Counted from the stretch's first letter, positions 49,067 to 60,544 are shown. The stretch: DNA of 64,000 nucleotides from Cyanobacteria bacterium P01_F01_bin.150 (GCA_039189765.1 JBCCYL010000015.1:1-64000); one strand, 5' to 3'. Notes: a model not told the origin generated them from the sequence alone. Translations and numbers: made by a program.

Positions 49067-50116
49067 ATGCCCTCCCAGTTTTATCATCTGGTTGTTTTTT
49101 CAATTTCCGCTGTAGTTGTTCTACTCAGCACCCCTATTGTCCGTAAGATTGGCATGAATAGCGGCCGCGTTGACTTACCAGGCGGCCGTAAAGTTCACGA
49201 ACGTCCCATGGTTCGTCTCGGTGGTGTATCTATCTTTCTAGGCGTCTTGATTGCCCTATTAACCGCTTGGGCAATTGGTGGTTTCGGTATCCTTCCCCCG
49301 CAAAAAGAATATGAAATATGGGGAGTAACGATCGGAGGCCTGCTTTTTTTCCTGATTGGTCTCGCAGACGATTTATTTAATCTTTCACCATTGACCCGTC
49401 TAGCCCTGCAAATGCTTGTTGCAGGCTGTGCATGGTCTGTTGGAGTGCAAATTGCATTTATTGATATTCCGTTTGTCGGCATCACCCAATTGCCCGAAGT
49501 GCTAAGTTGTCTACTCACGATTATCTGGTTGGTTGGTATGGCAAATGCCATCAACTGGATTGATGGATTAGATGGTCTTGCTGCTGGGGTATGCGGAATT
49601 GCTGCCCTTGTTATGTTAATTGTTAGTCTGTTTATGAATCAGCCTGCCGCTGCATTAATCGTTGCAGCGTTAGCAGGGGGAGCATTTGGCTTCTTACGTT
49701 ATAACTTCAATCCTGCACAAATTTTTATGGGAGATGGAGGAGCCTATTTTATGGGCTTTACTCTAGCCGGTGTGGGGGTAATTGGTCTGCTAAAAGGGGT
49801 AACAACAGTAGCCGTCCTATTACCTGTGCTGATTTTAGCTGTTCCTATTTTTGATATGTCAGCGGTGATTATTGATCGACTTCGTAGTGGCCAATCTCCA
49901 TTCATTGCAGATAAGCGTCATTTGCACCACCGATTATTGCAAGCAGGTCTATCACATCGATCAACGGTCCTATTTATCTATGCCCTAACTATCTGGGTAG
50001 GAACTCTGGCTTTAGCCATTGCTCGTATTCCCAGCGGGGTTATTTATGCAAGTGCAGCAACCGCTTTATTAGGCTATAGCTGCTGGCGAGTACGTCGCCT
50101 ATCTACTAGGGGATAA
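49067..50116 (+). CDS. MraY/WecA-family undecaprenyl-phosphate GlcNAc-1-phosphate transferase
   Basis: GLADD, NAINWIDGLDGL, NFNPAQIFMGDGG and HLHHRL motifs. Confidence 0.92.
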   Translation: MPSQFYHLVVFSISAVVVLLSTPIVRKIGMNSGRVDLPGGRKVHERPMVRLGGVSIFLGVLIALLTAWAIGGFGILPPQKEYEIWGVTIGGLLFFLIGLADDLFNLSPLTRLALQMLVAGCAWSVGVQIAFIDIPFVGITQLPEVLSCLLTIIWLVGMANAINWIDGLDGLAAGVCGIAALVMLIVSLFMNQPAAALIVAALAGGAFGFLRYNFNPAQIFMGDGGAYFMGFTLAGVGVIGLLKGVTTVAVLLPVLILAVPIFDMSAVIIDRLRSGQSPFIADKRHLHHRLLQAGLSHRSTVLFIYALTIWVGTLALAIARIPSGVIYASAATALLGYSCWRVRRLSTRG

Positions 50117-50189
50117 TCTCTGCAACTTTAGCCCTGAGGACTCCATAATGGAGGTAAATTAGCAAAGGCAATTTGTAGAGTGACATCCC

Positions 50190-51452
50190 ATGGATCAGAG
50201 TGCTGAGATCATCTGTGTAGGAACAGAGCTATTACTAGGTGACATTCTCAATAGCAATGCCCAATATTTAGCTCAACAACTGGCTCAGTTAGGTATTCCC
50301 CACTATTATCAGACGGTAGTAGGAGACAATCCAAATAGAATTCAGCGCGCGATTGCCATTGCCTGTGAGCGATCGCGCCTTTTAATTTTTACTGGGGGAT
50401 TGGGGCCAACCCCAGACGATTTAACCACGGAAACCCTAGCCGATTTTTTCGGTGAGCCATTAATTGAGCGCCCTGAAATTATTGCAGATCTGCATCAGAA
50501 ATTTACCCAACGGGGTCGTAATTTATCTCCCAGCAATCTTAAACAGGCTCTACTTCCTGAAACTGCCCAAACTCTTCCCAATCCTCTGGGTAGTGCCCCT
50601 GGCATCATTTGGGAACCTCGCTCTGGGTTAACCATATTGACTTTTCCTGGTGTGCCAAAGGAAATGGTTGCCATGTGGGAACAAACCGCAGTGCCCTATC
50701 TCAAACAACATGGATGGAGCAAAACCACAATCTACAGCCGTATCCTTCGCCACTGGGGCATTGGCGAAGCAACATTGGCAGATAAAATTCGCCCGTTTTT
50801 TGATTGCGATAATCCCACCGTTGCTCCTTATGCAGGCGAAGGAGAAGTCCGTTTACGGCTTTCAGCGAAAGCGACCTCTGAAGTAGAAGCACAGGCTCTT
50901 ATTGCACCAGTTGAGCAAGAATTACGAGATATTATCGGAGAAGATTGCTACGGAGCTGACACTGATAGCCTCAGTTCCGTGGTTGGGCAACAGCTCATTG
51001 TCAGAAATGAAACATTGGCCGTTGCTGAATCCTGCACGGCTGGAGGTCTTGGTCATCAAATTACGACGACTCCTGGTAGCTCTGCCTATTTTTTGGGCGG
51101 CGTTATTTCTTACAGCAATGCAATCAAGATACAATTGCTTAATGTTCAGGACTTGGATTTGACTCAATATGGTGCAGTGAGCCATCCCGTTGCTCGGCAA
51201 ATGGCTCTGGGTGTGCGCGATCGCCTCGGTAGTAGCTGGGGTCTCAGCATCACTGGGATTGCAGGGCCAGAAGGAGGGACAGAAGAAAAGCCCGTTGGCC
51301 TTGTCTACATTGGCATTGCAGGTCCAGATAACCACTTGAGTAGCAATGAATATCGTTTATCGACCTATCGGGGGCGTGAATGGATTCGCTGGCTTAGCAT
51401 TTGTACTGCGTTGGATCAACTACGCCGTCTGCTGAATACAAAGCTTAAATAG
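50190..51452 (+). CDS. cinA: Competence/damage-inducible protein CinA (NMN deamidase)
   Basis: VGTELLLG, GGLGPTPDD, AESCTAG and SITGIAGP motifs. Confidence 0.95.
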   Translation: MDQSAEIICVGTELLLGDILNSNAQYLAQQLAQLGIPHYYQTVVGDNPNRIQRAIAIACERSRLLIFTGGLGPTPDDLTTETLADFFGEPLIERPEIIADLHQKFTQRGRNLSPSNLKQALLPETAQTLPNPLGSAPGIIWEPRSGLTILTFPGVPKEMVAMWEQTAVPYLKQHGWSKTTIYSRILRHWGIGEATLADKIRPFFDCDNPTVAPYAGEGEVRLRLSAKATSEVEAQALIAPVEQELRDIIGEDCYGADTDSLSSVVGQQLIVRNETLAVAESCTAGGLGHQITTTPGSSAYFLGGVISYSNAIKIQLLNVQDLDLTQYGAVSHPVARQMALGVRDRLGSSWGLSITGIAGPEGGTEEKPVGLVYIGIAGPDNHLSSNEYRLSTYRGREWIRWLSICTALDQLRRLLNTKLK

Positions 51453-51611
51453 CAAGCAATGCTCTTGTTTATTTGGCGAAATCGGCTATCATGAAATGAA
51501 GGCACTTTATATCTACTTCTTCTAAATATTGTCGTTTCAATTTTAAAGTTGGGTGGATATTTTGTGTACTCTATGCTTACTTCGACGTTTTTATAGGGAG
51601 CGACTTAGCCA

Positions 51612-51749
51612 ATGGACTTCATCGAAGAGATGCTGGATAAGCTGAGGGAACTCGTTGACAAGCTTTTAGATTCATTATTAGGGCCAGACCCTGAGCTTGA
51701 GCATGAGCCTATTCCTGTTCCTGTCAACGATAGATACCGTCGACGATAG
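51612..51749 (+). CDS. 45-aa small protein missing from the ORF track
   Basis: AGGGAG ribosome site; MDFIEEMLDKLRELVDKLLDSLLGPDPELEHEPIPVPVNDRYRRR*. Confidence 0.75.
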   Translation: MDFIEEMLDKLRELVDKLLDSLLGPDPELEHEPIPVPVNDRYRRR

Positions 51750-51796
51750 GTCATTATTTGAATCTTGAAACTTGTAAGAAATTGTAGGGTGTAAAG

Positions 51797-52237
51797 TTGT
51801 CTACAGTTCTAGTTTTGAATGGTCCAAATCTCAACTTGTTGGGAACGAGAGAGCCAGGAATATATGGCGGTTTCACGTTAGAGGATGTAAGCAATAAACT
51901 TCGAATACTAGCCGAGCAGCTATCAGTTGAACTGTTAATTTATCAGTCAAATCATGAAGGAGAGCTAGTTGACCTGATTCATAAAGCTTTGACTGAAAGA
52001 GTTGCAGGCATTCTAATTAATGCTGGGGCCTATACACACACTAGTGTGGCCCTTAGAGATGCTATATCTGCTGTAAATATCCCTACCGTTGAGATTCATA
52101 TCAGTAATATATATGTGAGGGAAGAGTTCAGGCACTATTCATACATTGCACCTGTGGCTGTGGGCCAGATCAGTGGGTTTGGGTTAGAGAGCTATACGCT
52201 TGGGTTGCGTGCCCTGATGCCCTGGATAAATAAATAG
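51797..52237 (+). CDS. aroQ: Type II 3-dehydroquinate dehydratase
   Basis: [33 protein letters not shown] and EIHISN motifs; TTG start. Confidence 0.96.
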   Translation: MSTVLVLNGPNLNLLGTREPGIYGGFTLEDVSNKLRILAEQLSVELLIYQSNHEGELVDLIHKALTERVAGILINAGAYTHTSVALRDAISAVNIPTVEIHISNIYVREEFRHYSYIAPVAVGQISGFGLESYTLGLRALMPWINK

Positions 52238-52371
52238 GTAGCCTTTGTCTATTACTGAAGTGACTATTCTGTTCACTGGGGCGGGGCTTTGTGCTGACAG
52301 TATGATATTGGCTGTGGACTGATTGGCAATTAATTTATATTAGTCGCTCAATCACTTCGAAAGGTATCATT

Positions 52372-54393
52372 CTACCTCTTCTTTACGCTTGTCTTCTCTA
52401 CGTCATTTATATCGGATAGTTTTCTGCTGCTGCTGCTAACTATGGTCGAGAGACTTGGTTTTAGCAGCAGGCTTTTTGTAGTTGTAACGGGAATGGTGAA
52501 TTGAAACTTGCTTCCTTTACCGTGTCCTTTTGATTCAGCCCAAATTTCACCACCTAAATGGGTGACTACCTGGCGACAAATTGCTAGACCAAGGCCAGTT
52601 CCTCCGGTCGTTCGTCTTAGTGCACCTTCTTCTTGATAAAAGCGATCGAAGACTGCTTCAAGACGCTTTGGCGCAATCCCCCTACCCGTATCTTCAATTG
52701 AAATTTTAATCATGTCATTTTGGGTAGAAGCTGCTTCAATGCTGATTTGTCCATCTGAAGGAGTAAATTTGCAGGCATTATCCAAAAGCTTTGATAACAC
52801 CTCGACAAGCCATTCTCCATCGGCACAGACGAAGGGTAAATCGCTAGCAACGTAGCTCTGAATAGTTGGAAGATTTTCTTTTTGTTGTCGTATCCGAATA
52901 CTGCTTAACGCAAGCTCTACACACTCTTCTATCGACAGAGACTCTAAATGCCATTCAACTCGTCCACTCTCCAACTGCGAAAGGGTCAGAAAATCTTGCA
53001 CTAGTTTTCGCAACCGTTCTGCATCCTCAAGAGCCGTACTAAGCATTACTTGTTGTAAGTCCTGCGGCATATCCGGCTCACTGGCCAGGCTTTCGAGGCA
53101 AACTTGAATTGTCGATAACGGTGTACGCAACTCATGCCCCGTAATGGCAATGAGGTTGCTTCGGGTCCGCTCTAAAGCTTCCAATTGTTGATTAAGACGG
53201 TCTAAATTTGCATAGGCTTCTGCTTGGATTAAAGCAACTCCAAACTGAACGGCGATCGCCTCTAACATCTTGATGTCATCTGCACTCCACGAGTAGTGGG
53301 ACTCGTTTCCAGCGTGAAGTTCTACGATGCCCATCAGAACTTCCTGATGCGTGATCGGAACTAACAACCAGCCACGTATCTGATACTGCTCAATCAAGCT
53401 TGCTAAAGAGACTAAGTTAATTGCAGAAAAAGTTTCCACATTTTCTATTGCAATTGTCTCCTGCTGTTGGATAATTGCTTGAAAAAGAGGATTATTATGC
53501 AGCGGCCAAACCTGCCCCACTAATGAGAGACAGTTAGAATTCAACAAGAACTCATGTTGAATAGTAATGCTCTGGTCATCTGCATGGCACGGATAAATAA
53601 AGCATCGTTCAACCTGCATGACCTGCCCCAATTCTTGCACTGCCACAGCAAAGATCTGCTCCGGATCCAAAGACCGACGAATTGCAGACGTAATTAGATT
53701 AATAAGTTGTTCACGCCTACTCTGAGCCATCATGGCACGATAAGCTTTCAAAAGCTTGTACTGCCCAGCCTGTAGATAAGTTGTAAGCCTTTGTACAAAA
53801 GGATCTGGGGCAATTGTTTGAGATGTATCAGCAACATTGAGAAAGGTATCCTTAGCTTCTGCAATTTTATTGGCTAATTCAGGCCGATAAACCAGGATTC
53901 GATCCAAAATAATGGTGGCAGATTGACAGCTAACCGTTTTATCAAACGTCCAAATCCCTTCAAAGCGGCGATTCTCATCCATAGCAATGGGAACTCTTCC
54001 GGATGGTTCCTCATCTGTCTTTTCTCGACAAATTAGGCATGCGGTATGATGCAGACCAACAACAACAAGATGCCACTCTTGACTAAGCTGATCAGACGGT
54101 TCGAAGGCTACTCTTTCATAATCTTCAGACCCATGTGAAAAACTTGTTTCAGGTGCAGCTAAAACATAAACATGAGGAGTAAGGCGAGAAATTCTACGAT
54201 AACGCTGAGCTTCCTGCCGGTAAAAGCGCTCTTGCTGAAAACTTGCAATCACAAGTGAAGGACTATCGCCAGCAAGAACTTGATCTTCCATTGCATGGGA
54301 TAACGCAGTGAGTGAAGACTTAAAATAAATTTGAAACCGAAGCTCAGGCATCGCCTGAATCACTTGATCTAGAATTGAAGTAGAAATACTCAT
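52372..54393 (-). CDS. DICT-GAF sensor histidine kinase
   Basis: DICT motifs (YFKSSLTALSHAMED, EWHLVV), GAF domain, HELRTPL, LLDNACKFT, DTGRGI and GGTGLGL. Confidence 0.92.
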   Translation of the reverse strand: MSISTSILDQVIQAMPELRFQIYFKSSLTALSHAMEDQVLAGDSPSLVIASFQQERFYRQEAQRYRRISRLTPHVYVLAAPETSFSHGSEDYERVAFEPSDQLSQEWHLVVVGLHHTACLICREKTDEEPSGRVPIAMDENRRFEGIWTFDKTVSCQSATIILDRILVYRPELANKIAEAKDTFLNVADTSQTIAPDPFVQRLTTYLQAGQYKLLKAYRAMMAQSRREQLINLITSAIRRSLDPEQIFAVAVQELGQVMQVERCFIYPCHADDQSITIQHEFLLNSNCLSLVGQVWPLHNNPLFQAIIQQQETIAIENVETFSAINLVSLASLIEQYQIRGWLLVPITHQEVLMGIVELHAGNESHYSWSADDIKMLEAIAVQFGVALIQAEAYANLDRLNQQLEALERTRSNLIAITGHELRTPLSTIQVCLESLASEPDMPQDLQQVMLSTALEDAERLRKLVQDFLTLSQLESGRVEWHLESLSIEECVELALSSIRIRQQKENLPTIQSYVASDLPFVCADGEWLVEVLSKLLDNACKFTPSDGQISIEAASTQNDMIKISIEDTGRGIAPKRLEAVFDRFYQEEGALRRTTGGTGLGLAICRQVVTHLGGEIWAESKGHGKGSKFQFTIPVTTTKSLLLKPSLSTIVSSSSRKLSDINDVEKTSVKKR

Positions 54394-54780
54394 CAAATTG
54401 GCTTTGCTAAATAAGCCACTACAAAGATCCAAATAAGAAAAGATTACCTAAAGCAGTAAACCGCAAGATTGAACGGACAAGAGGCGACTAAGATAGGACG
54501 AAACAATCAATCACATTTGTCTATACTGCAATAGTAACTCTCACGATAATCTTACAGTATTGCCATCCTTATTCCATGGAAGCTTCAATATATGATGCAT
54601 GTTTCCTAGCTATAAACAGAAAGGGAGGCATCACCATATAATTATGAAGACTGACGAGACTTTTTGAGATAATAATAGGGCGTCAATTCCAGGGTGTGTT
54701 GATGTGAGCGCCTTACGGTAGGCAATTTCCATAAGGATTTTATTGGAATCCTTGTTTACATTTGCAATGATGAGACGTTT

Positions 54781-55542
54781 ATGTACAGCGATGACGACTT
54801 AACCGTACTAGATGTAGTTGGAGACCTAGAAAGTCCCCTTGACCAGTTGGAGACCGTTGAAGATGACACGAGTACGGAACTCCCCGATCCGGAAGAAATG
54901 CTTGCCCTTCTTGAAGCCGCCGATCCTCAACAGCGAATGCTTGCAGCTCGCTCATTTTGTGATTTGCAAGATGAGCGAGCAATTCCAAAACTAATTAATC
55001 TCTTATCAGATCCTTGTCCTCTGGTAAGAGTTAGTGCTGCTTATGGGCTGGGAAGAAACCCTAGTAAAGATGCCGTAGAGTCTTTGATTCATCAGCTACA
55101 AACTGACTGGAACGGATATGTTCGAAAGGGTGTTGTTTGGGCTTTAGGCAATTGCCAAGACTTACGATCACGCGACCCGCTGCTGGTAGCAATTAAAGAA
55201 GACATTCCAGCAGTGCGCTTGTGGGCCGCCAGTGCACTGGCCCAGATGAGGGGAATTGATTATGAGTCAATTATATGTGCTATTCCTCCTCTTATTGAAG
55301 CGATGTTAAACGACCCTATTCCTGCAGTGCGTAGTAACTGTGCTTGGGCCATCGGTGAATTATGTCGAGAGCTACCCTCCAATGTGGTGTACTCAACGGC
55401 TGTAGATGCGCTCATCGAAGCTTTTGCAGAAGATGCCGATTTAGGAGTGCGAGAAGATGCTCGAGCAGCAGTACTTAAGTTAGGGGATACTCGAGGCTTA
55501 CAAGTTATCGAAGAAATTGAACTGGACGGATTCTTCCTGTAG
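54781..55542 (+). CDS. HEAT-repeat (PBS lyase-like) protein
   Basis: VRVSAAYGLG, VRKGVVWALG, VRLWAASALA and VRSNCAWAIG repeats. Confidence 0.9.
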   Translation: MYSDDDLTVLDVVGDLESPLDQLETVEDDTSTELPDPEEMLALLEAADPQQRMLAARSFCDLQDERAIPKLINLLSDPCPLVRVSAAYGLGRNPSKDAVESLIHQLQTDWNGYVRKGVVWALGNCQDLRSRDPLLVAIKEDIPAVRLWAASALAQMRGIDYESIICAIPPLIEAMLNDPIPAVRSNCAWAIGELCRELPSNVVYSTAVDALIEAFAEDADLGVREDARAAVLKLGDTRGLQVIEEIELDGFFL

Positions 55543-55589
55543 GACAGAAAAAGTCGTTTAGCGTGTATTAAAGAAGTGTTTTATCTGTA

Positions 55590-56033
55590 TCAAGATCCGG
55601 GTGGCAGCTCCGTCACGGAAACATCAACTACATCCACATCTACTGTGCCAGGAGGTGTTACTCTCTGAAATGATTTATCTTTCACAACGAGAAATTCACC
55701 ACAGCTTGGACATTGCATCTTCTGATTGCTAATGCCAATAACACTCTGGCTACAAACCGGGCAGTTACCGTTGATTAAGCTACGCCGCAGCCAAATTTGG
55801 ACCCCAATAAAGGCAAGAATCGGCAAAAGCAGCAGGATACCAATGAGAACAAAGATTGATTTGACAAGCCACCATAAGCCAACAGAACTAATAAACCAGA
55901 AGGCAGCAATCAGAACTAACCAAAAACGTAACCCTGATGAGAAGGCGTAAATCTTTTTAAATCCGTTTGGATTCACGGCTTTTCTCCTGAATAGCACATG
56001 CTTCAGCCTATCGCTTTCATTCGGTTTCAGCAA
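55590..56033 (-). CDS. Membrane protein with zinc ribbon
   Basis: Two TM segments then CPVC...CPSC; start uncertain. Confidence 0.75.
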   Translation of the reverse strand: MLKPNESDRLKHVLFRRKAVNPNGFKKIYAFSSGLRFWLVLIAAFWFISSVGLWWLVKSIFVLIGILLLLPILAFIGVQIWLRRSLINGNCPVCSQSVIGISNQKMQCPSCGEFLVVKDKSFQRVTPPGTVDVDVVDVSVTELPPGS

Positions 56034-56056
56034 GAACTATTGCATGTTTGCAACCA

Positions 56057-57277
56057 TCAATTTGACTGCAGTAATGCCTGTAACCGCTGGCGAAACATCG
56101 CTTGCCCAAAGGTCGCGATCGCCTCCTCCCGCAACCATTTCCCATTACATCGTTGATCATTTCCTAGGAGTACCTCAATACAGGCATCAGCAACTGCTTG
56201 AGAGTTGCGATGGGGCACCTGCCAGCCAACTCGTCCATCCTGTAATGGGTCAGAAGAACCGTCGGCATCTCCAGACACAACAGGAATCCCACACGCCATT
56301 GCTTCCAAGTAAACAATGCCAAATCCTTCTTGGGATGGCATCACATAGGCATCTGCCAGTCGATAATGGTCTCGCAGTTCTGCCACTGGTACAAATCCAG
56401 CAAAAATCACCTGCCCCTCAACTCCTAGGTCCTTTGCCAATTTTGCTAAACGGGGCTGATCGTCTCCCCGACCAATAACAAGATACCGAATATTGGGAAT
56501 CCTTTCTCGGATGGCAGGCAACGCCCTAATCGTAACATCGACCCCTTTATAAATATCGCCTGACCACAGACGAGCAACCGTGACCATGAGTTTAGAATCT
56601 GGAGAAATAGAGTAGCGATCGAGAAGTTGTGGGTTCTTCGGACCGGGAGTGAAGTAGGCCTCATCAATCGCGCAGGGTAAAAACTTTAGCCGTTCAAAGG
56701 GAATTTGGTTGAATTGACAGAGGCAGTCGCCAGTATATCGGCTGATAGTCCAAATCGAATCAGCCTGTTGTAAAGCATTTTTATAGGATGGCTCTAATTC
56801 ACGCCAAACTTCTTTGCCGTAGGTCAACACCGTGTAGGGAACATCAAACCAACGACACAGCCGTTGTACAAGGGGAGTAAGCAAAATATGTCCACAGTAC
56901 ACTCGCTCCGGACGCTGGCGTAGCAGATAGAGAAACAGGGCGATGGCAAATTTAATCCGTCCCAAGACAGGAAAATCAGACTGAAAATAATGAAAGGTAA
57001 ATTTAGAAGGTTGGGAAGATTGAAACGGGTTCTCACAGTCGGAGCGATCGCGCAGTAAAAATACATCTGCCTGCAACGGTTGATCGTTCCGATCAGCGTC
57101 TATGTGTTTATAGGCATAAAAGATATCCTTGATGTAGGACTGAATTCCTCCCTCCTGGGAAAAGATTTCTAAGCATAGCAACAGAATTGAAGGTGCAGCA
57201 TCATCTTGGGATTGCAAAGACGAAGAATTTTCAGTTGGGCTAGAGGATTTTTCCAGAGGTACGTAAGCCATAGTCAT
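56057..57277 (-). CDS. Glycosyltransferase family 4
   Basis: GGIQSY, YKGVD and EGFGIVYLEAMACG motifs. Confidence 0.93.
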   Translation of the reverse strand: MTMAYVPLEKSSSPTENSSSLQSQDDAAPSILLLCLEIFSQEGGIQSYIKDIFYAYKHIDADRNDQPLQADVFLLRDRSDCENPFQSSQPSKFTFHYFQSDFPVLGRIKFAIALFLYLLRQRPERVYCGHILLTPLVQRLCRWFDVPYTVLTYGKEVWRELEPSYKNALQQADSIWTISRYTGDCLCQFNQIPFERLKFLPCAIDEAYFTPGPKNPQLLDRYSISPDSKLMVTVARLWSGDIYKGVDVTIRALPAIRERIPNIRYLVIGRGDDQPRLAKLAKDLGVEGQVIFAGFVPVAELRDHYRLADAYVMPSQEGFGIVYLEAMACGIPVVSGDADGSSDPLQDGRVGWQVPHRNSQAVADACIEVLLGNDQRCNGKWLREEAIATFGQAMFRQRLQALLQSN

Positions 57278-57307
57278 CCATTGACATCACTATTCATAAG
57301 CGTTAGG

Positions 57308-57385
57308 GGTTTCGTTTTAAGGCGAAACAGAATGGACAGTGGTGTGGGCGCGACGCACCCACACCACCGACCTAAAGGTGATACC
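57308..57385 (+). mobile_element. 78-bp-family miniature element
   Basis: GGTTTCGTTTTAAGGCGAAAC...GTGGTGTGGG/CCCACACCAC...CCTAAAGGTGATACC. Confidence 0.88.
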
Positions 57386-57611
57386 CATCGCTAGAGACGG
57401 ATACAATCCAATGGCTCAATCTTTCCAAGAAATAGTCCAATTAGGCTTCGAAAGCACACTGAAGTTTCCCTCTAAGTTTACTAGGAGTGAATTTATACTC
57501 AGCCTTTTCACGGATAGGGTCATATCGTGGTGTCCAATAAAAATGAATCCTCCGCTAAACGAAAGATTCATTCTCAAAGTTGTGTCCGAAAGACTATAGG
57601 TATCGGTAAAT

Positions 57612-58094
57612 TTAGAAAAGCCCTAAAGTCAGAGACTTATCAATAGGGAAGGTGGCACCAATGCCCAACCAAAGTGTTACGGCAGTTCCAAAGAGGAAAA
57701 CAGCCATTGCCCCTTTTCTCCTAAAAGGATTCTGGAACTTATTCACACTCTCAATAAAAGGAACCATCATCAGACCTAGTGGGATAGCACCTTGAAGAGC
57801 GATACCCAACAGCTTGTTAGGCAAAATTCTCAGAATCTGAAACACAGGATACAAATACCATTCAGGCAAAATCTCCAGGGGAGTTGCAAATGGATTGGCC
57901 GGTTCACCAACCATTGCAGGATCAAGCACAGCCAAACTAACGACACAACCAATGGTGCCCAAAATTACAATGGGGAATGTGTAAAGTAAATCATTAGGCC
58001 AAGCAGGCTCACCATAATAGTTATGCCCCATACCCTGCTTTAGCAATTCACGAAGTTTAGGATCACTTAGATCCGGCTTCTTAAGGACTGACAT
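57612..58094 (-). CDS. petD: Cytochrome b6f subunit IV
   Basis: [22 protein letters not shown] and NKFQNPFRR motifs. Confidence 0.99.
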   Translation of the reverse strand: MSVLKKPDLSDPKLRELLKQGMGHNYYGEPAWPNDLLYTFPIVILGTIGCVVSLAVLDPAMVGEPANPFATPLEILPEWYLYPVFQILRILPNKLLGIALQGAIPLGLMMVPFIESVNKFQNPFRRKGAMAVFLFGTAVTLWLGIGATFPIDKSLTLGLF

Positions 58095-58137
58095 TCGTCT
58101 AAAATTCTCCTGAAAACAGAAATTTTCTACGTCTAAG

Positions 58138-58215
58138 GGTCTCGCTCTAAAGTGAAACAGAATTAGCGGCCACGTAGGCGGATCGCACTCAAACGACCCG
58201 CCTAAATTGAATGCC
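58138..58215 (+). mobile_element. Degenerate 78-bp-family element between petB and petD
   Basis: GGTCTCGCTCTAAAGTGAAAC...CCTAAATTGAATGCC; same length as the family. Confidence 0.65.
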
Positions 58216-58334
58216 CCTTATTGAGTAAGCCTCAACATACAGTTCATATTAGCAACTGGGAGCATTGTCAGAGCCGAAGTGTAACTAAAATGAACCTAGC
58301 TAAACGCTTGGCAAAAGTCCTCACATTCAAAGCT

Positions 58335-59003
58335 CTACAAGGGACCTGAAATACCCTGCTTACGAATCATCAAGAAGTGCAGCAGCATAAAGACTGCAAT
58401 CAACCAAGGCAAAACAAAGGTATGAAGACTGTAAAAGCGAGTCAATGTTGGTTGCCCAACACTAACACCGCCCCGCAAGGCTTCAACCATTAAAGAACCG
58501 ACAACTGGAATTGCTTCTGGCACACCAGACACAATCTTGACGGCCCAATAACCAACCTGGTCCCAAGGCAGCGAATAACCAGTTACGCCAAAGGAAACAG
58601 TAATAACAGCCATGGTCACACCAGTAATCCAAGTTAATTCACGGGGTCTTTTGAACCCTCCTGTCAAGTAAACTCGGAAAACATGAAGAATCATCATAAG
58701 AACCATCATACTGGCAGACCAGCGATGAATAGAACGAATGAGCCAACCAAAGTTCACCTCAGTCATGAGATATTGAACAGAACTAAACGCCTCTACCACA
58801 GTTGGCTTGTAGTAAAACGTCATCGCAAAACCAGTAGCAAACTGAATTAAGAAACAAACTAGAGTAATGCCGCCCAGACAGTAAAAAATATTTACATGAG
58901 GCGGAACATACTTACTAGAGATGTCGTCAGAAATGGCCTGAATTTCCAGGCGTTCCTGAAACCATTGAAATGGTGCTGAATCTGTAACCTGCTTGGTAAA
59001 CAT
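58335..59003 (-). CDS. petB: Cytochrome b6
   Basis: [22 protein letters not shown] and [10 protein letters not shown] motifs. Confidence 0.99.
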   Translation of the reverse strand: MFTKQVTDSAPFQWFQERLEIQAISDDISSKYVPPHVNIFYCLGGITLVCFLIQFATGFAMTFYYKPTVVEAFSSVQYLMTEVNFGWLIRSIHRWSASMMVLMMILHVFRVYLTGGFKRPRELTWITGVTMAVITVSFGVTGYSLPWDQVGYWAVKIVSGVPEAIPVVGSLMVEALRGGVSVGQPTLTRFYSLHTFVLPWLIAVFMLLHFLMIRKQGISGPL

Positions 59004-59302
59004 TGAACAAAGACTTAGCTTAGAAGGAATATCGAGGTTGCTTGTAACAAAAAATGTAGCATAGTAATAGCTATCGTTTTTTCATCTATTCACATACAGA
59101 AACATCGATATATTAAGAATTAATACCCATCAGAGTGACATTATAGTCCGGCTATCATTGCGTTCTAGCCCATGAAGATAGAGCATTTTAGCGATCAAAA
59201 AGACATGTAAAGAAAAAAAAACCTGCAAACTTAATCGTAATAAATTGTAATAAATATGAGCCTAACCTTGCTCCAGGTTAGACCACTAGATTAAATCGGG
59301 CT

Positions 59303-60544
59303 ATGAGTTTGGCAAAGGATATTAGCGGAATGAAAAAAGTAACCCTTCAACTGAGTGGAATGTTGAGTTGCATCCTGGCTTTTGTGACTGTTTGGACTGT
59401 CTCTCCAGAAGTGGCGATCGCTTACTCTGATGGACAACAGCTATTGAGCGAAGCCTGGCACGTTGTTGATCGTTCCTATGTTGATGACACGTTTAACCAT
59501 CAAAACTGGTGGAAAGTCAGACAAAAAGCTCTAAAGCAGCCATTATCAACTCCTGAAGAAGCATATACGGCGATTGAGGAGATGTTGAGCTTGCTTGATG
59601 ATCCGTTTACTCGTTTGTTGCGTCCTCAGCAGTATCAAAGCTTGCAAACGAGTACCGCTGGCGAACTGACCGGTGTAGGGCTTCAGCTTGTTCAGGACTT
59701 GGAGACAGAGGATCTGATTGTCATTGCCCCAATGGAGGGTTCACCCGCCCAAAAAGCTGGCATACAGTCCCAAGACCGTATTACAGCTATTGATGGGGTT
59801 TCAACTCATACCTTTGATTTAGAAGAGGCTGCTCGCAGAATGAGGGGCCAAATTGGGTCTCATGTTAAGCTAACGATTCTACGCGAACAGGAGAGTCATT
59901 CATTTGAGATAGTACGCGATCGCATTACCCTAAATCCAGTTCAAGCTGAACTAAGGCAGCAAGATGATGGCTCTAAGTTTGGTTATATCCGGCTCAGCCA
60001 ATTTAATGGCAATGCAACGACTCAAATGCGAGAGGGTTTACAGGAGCTAGAAGAACAGGGTGCAGAGAGCTATATTCTTGATTTGAGAAATAATCCTGGA
60101 GGTTTACTCCAAGCAGGCATTGATATTTCTCGGTTATGGCTAGATGATGGCACTATTGTCTACACTGCAAATCGAAACGGCATTCAAGATCGCTTCGATG
60201 CCAGCAATACATCATTGACCCAAGACAGACTTATCGTCCTAGTAAATTCCGGCACTGCCAGCGCCAGTGAAATTCTATCCGGCGCATTGCAGGATAATCA
60301 TCGAGCAATCCTAGTAGGAGAAAAAACATTTGGGAAGGGCCTTATTCAGTCTTTGTTTAACTTATCTGATGGTTCTGGGATAGCAGTAACTGTTGCTCGA
60401 TACGAAACCCCTGCACATAACGATATCAATAAGCTCGGTATTACTCCTGATGTAAGAGTACCCATGATCGGATTGGGTTGGGACAAAGTAGGTACGATGG
60501 AAGACTCACAGTATGTAGAAGCCTTGGCTAATCTACAAAATTGA
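59303..60544 (+). CDS. ctpA: Carboxyl-terminal processing protease (S41)
   Basis: PDZ domain (GVGL), DLRNNPGG, TASASE and TFGKGLIQ motifs; divergent from petB; start may be 59330. Confidence 0.92.
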   Translation: MSLAKDISGMKKVTLQLSGMLSCILAFVTVWTVSPEVAIAYSDGQQLLSEAWHVVDRSYVDDTFNHQNWWKVRQKALKQPLSTPEEAYTAIEEMLSLLDDPFTRLLRPQQYQSLQTSTAGELTGVGLQLVQDLETEDLIVIAPMEGSPAQKAGIQSQDRITAIDGVSTHTFDLEEAARRMRGQIGSHVKLTILREQESHSFEIVRDRITLNPVQAELRQQDDGSKFGYIRLSQFNGNATTQMREGLQELEEQGAESYILDLRNNPGGLLQAGIDISRLWLDDGTIVYTANRNGIQDRFDASNTSLTQDRLIVLVNSGTASASEILSGALQDNHRAILVGEKTFGKGLIQSLFNLSDGSGIAVTVARYETPAHNDINKLGITPDVRVPMIGLGWDKVGTMEDSQYVEALANLQN

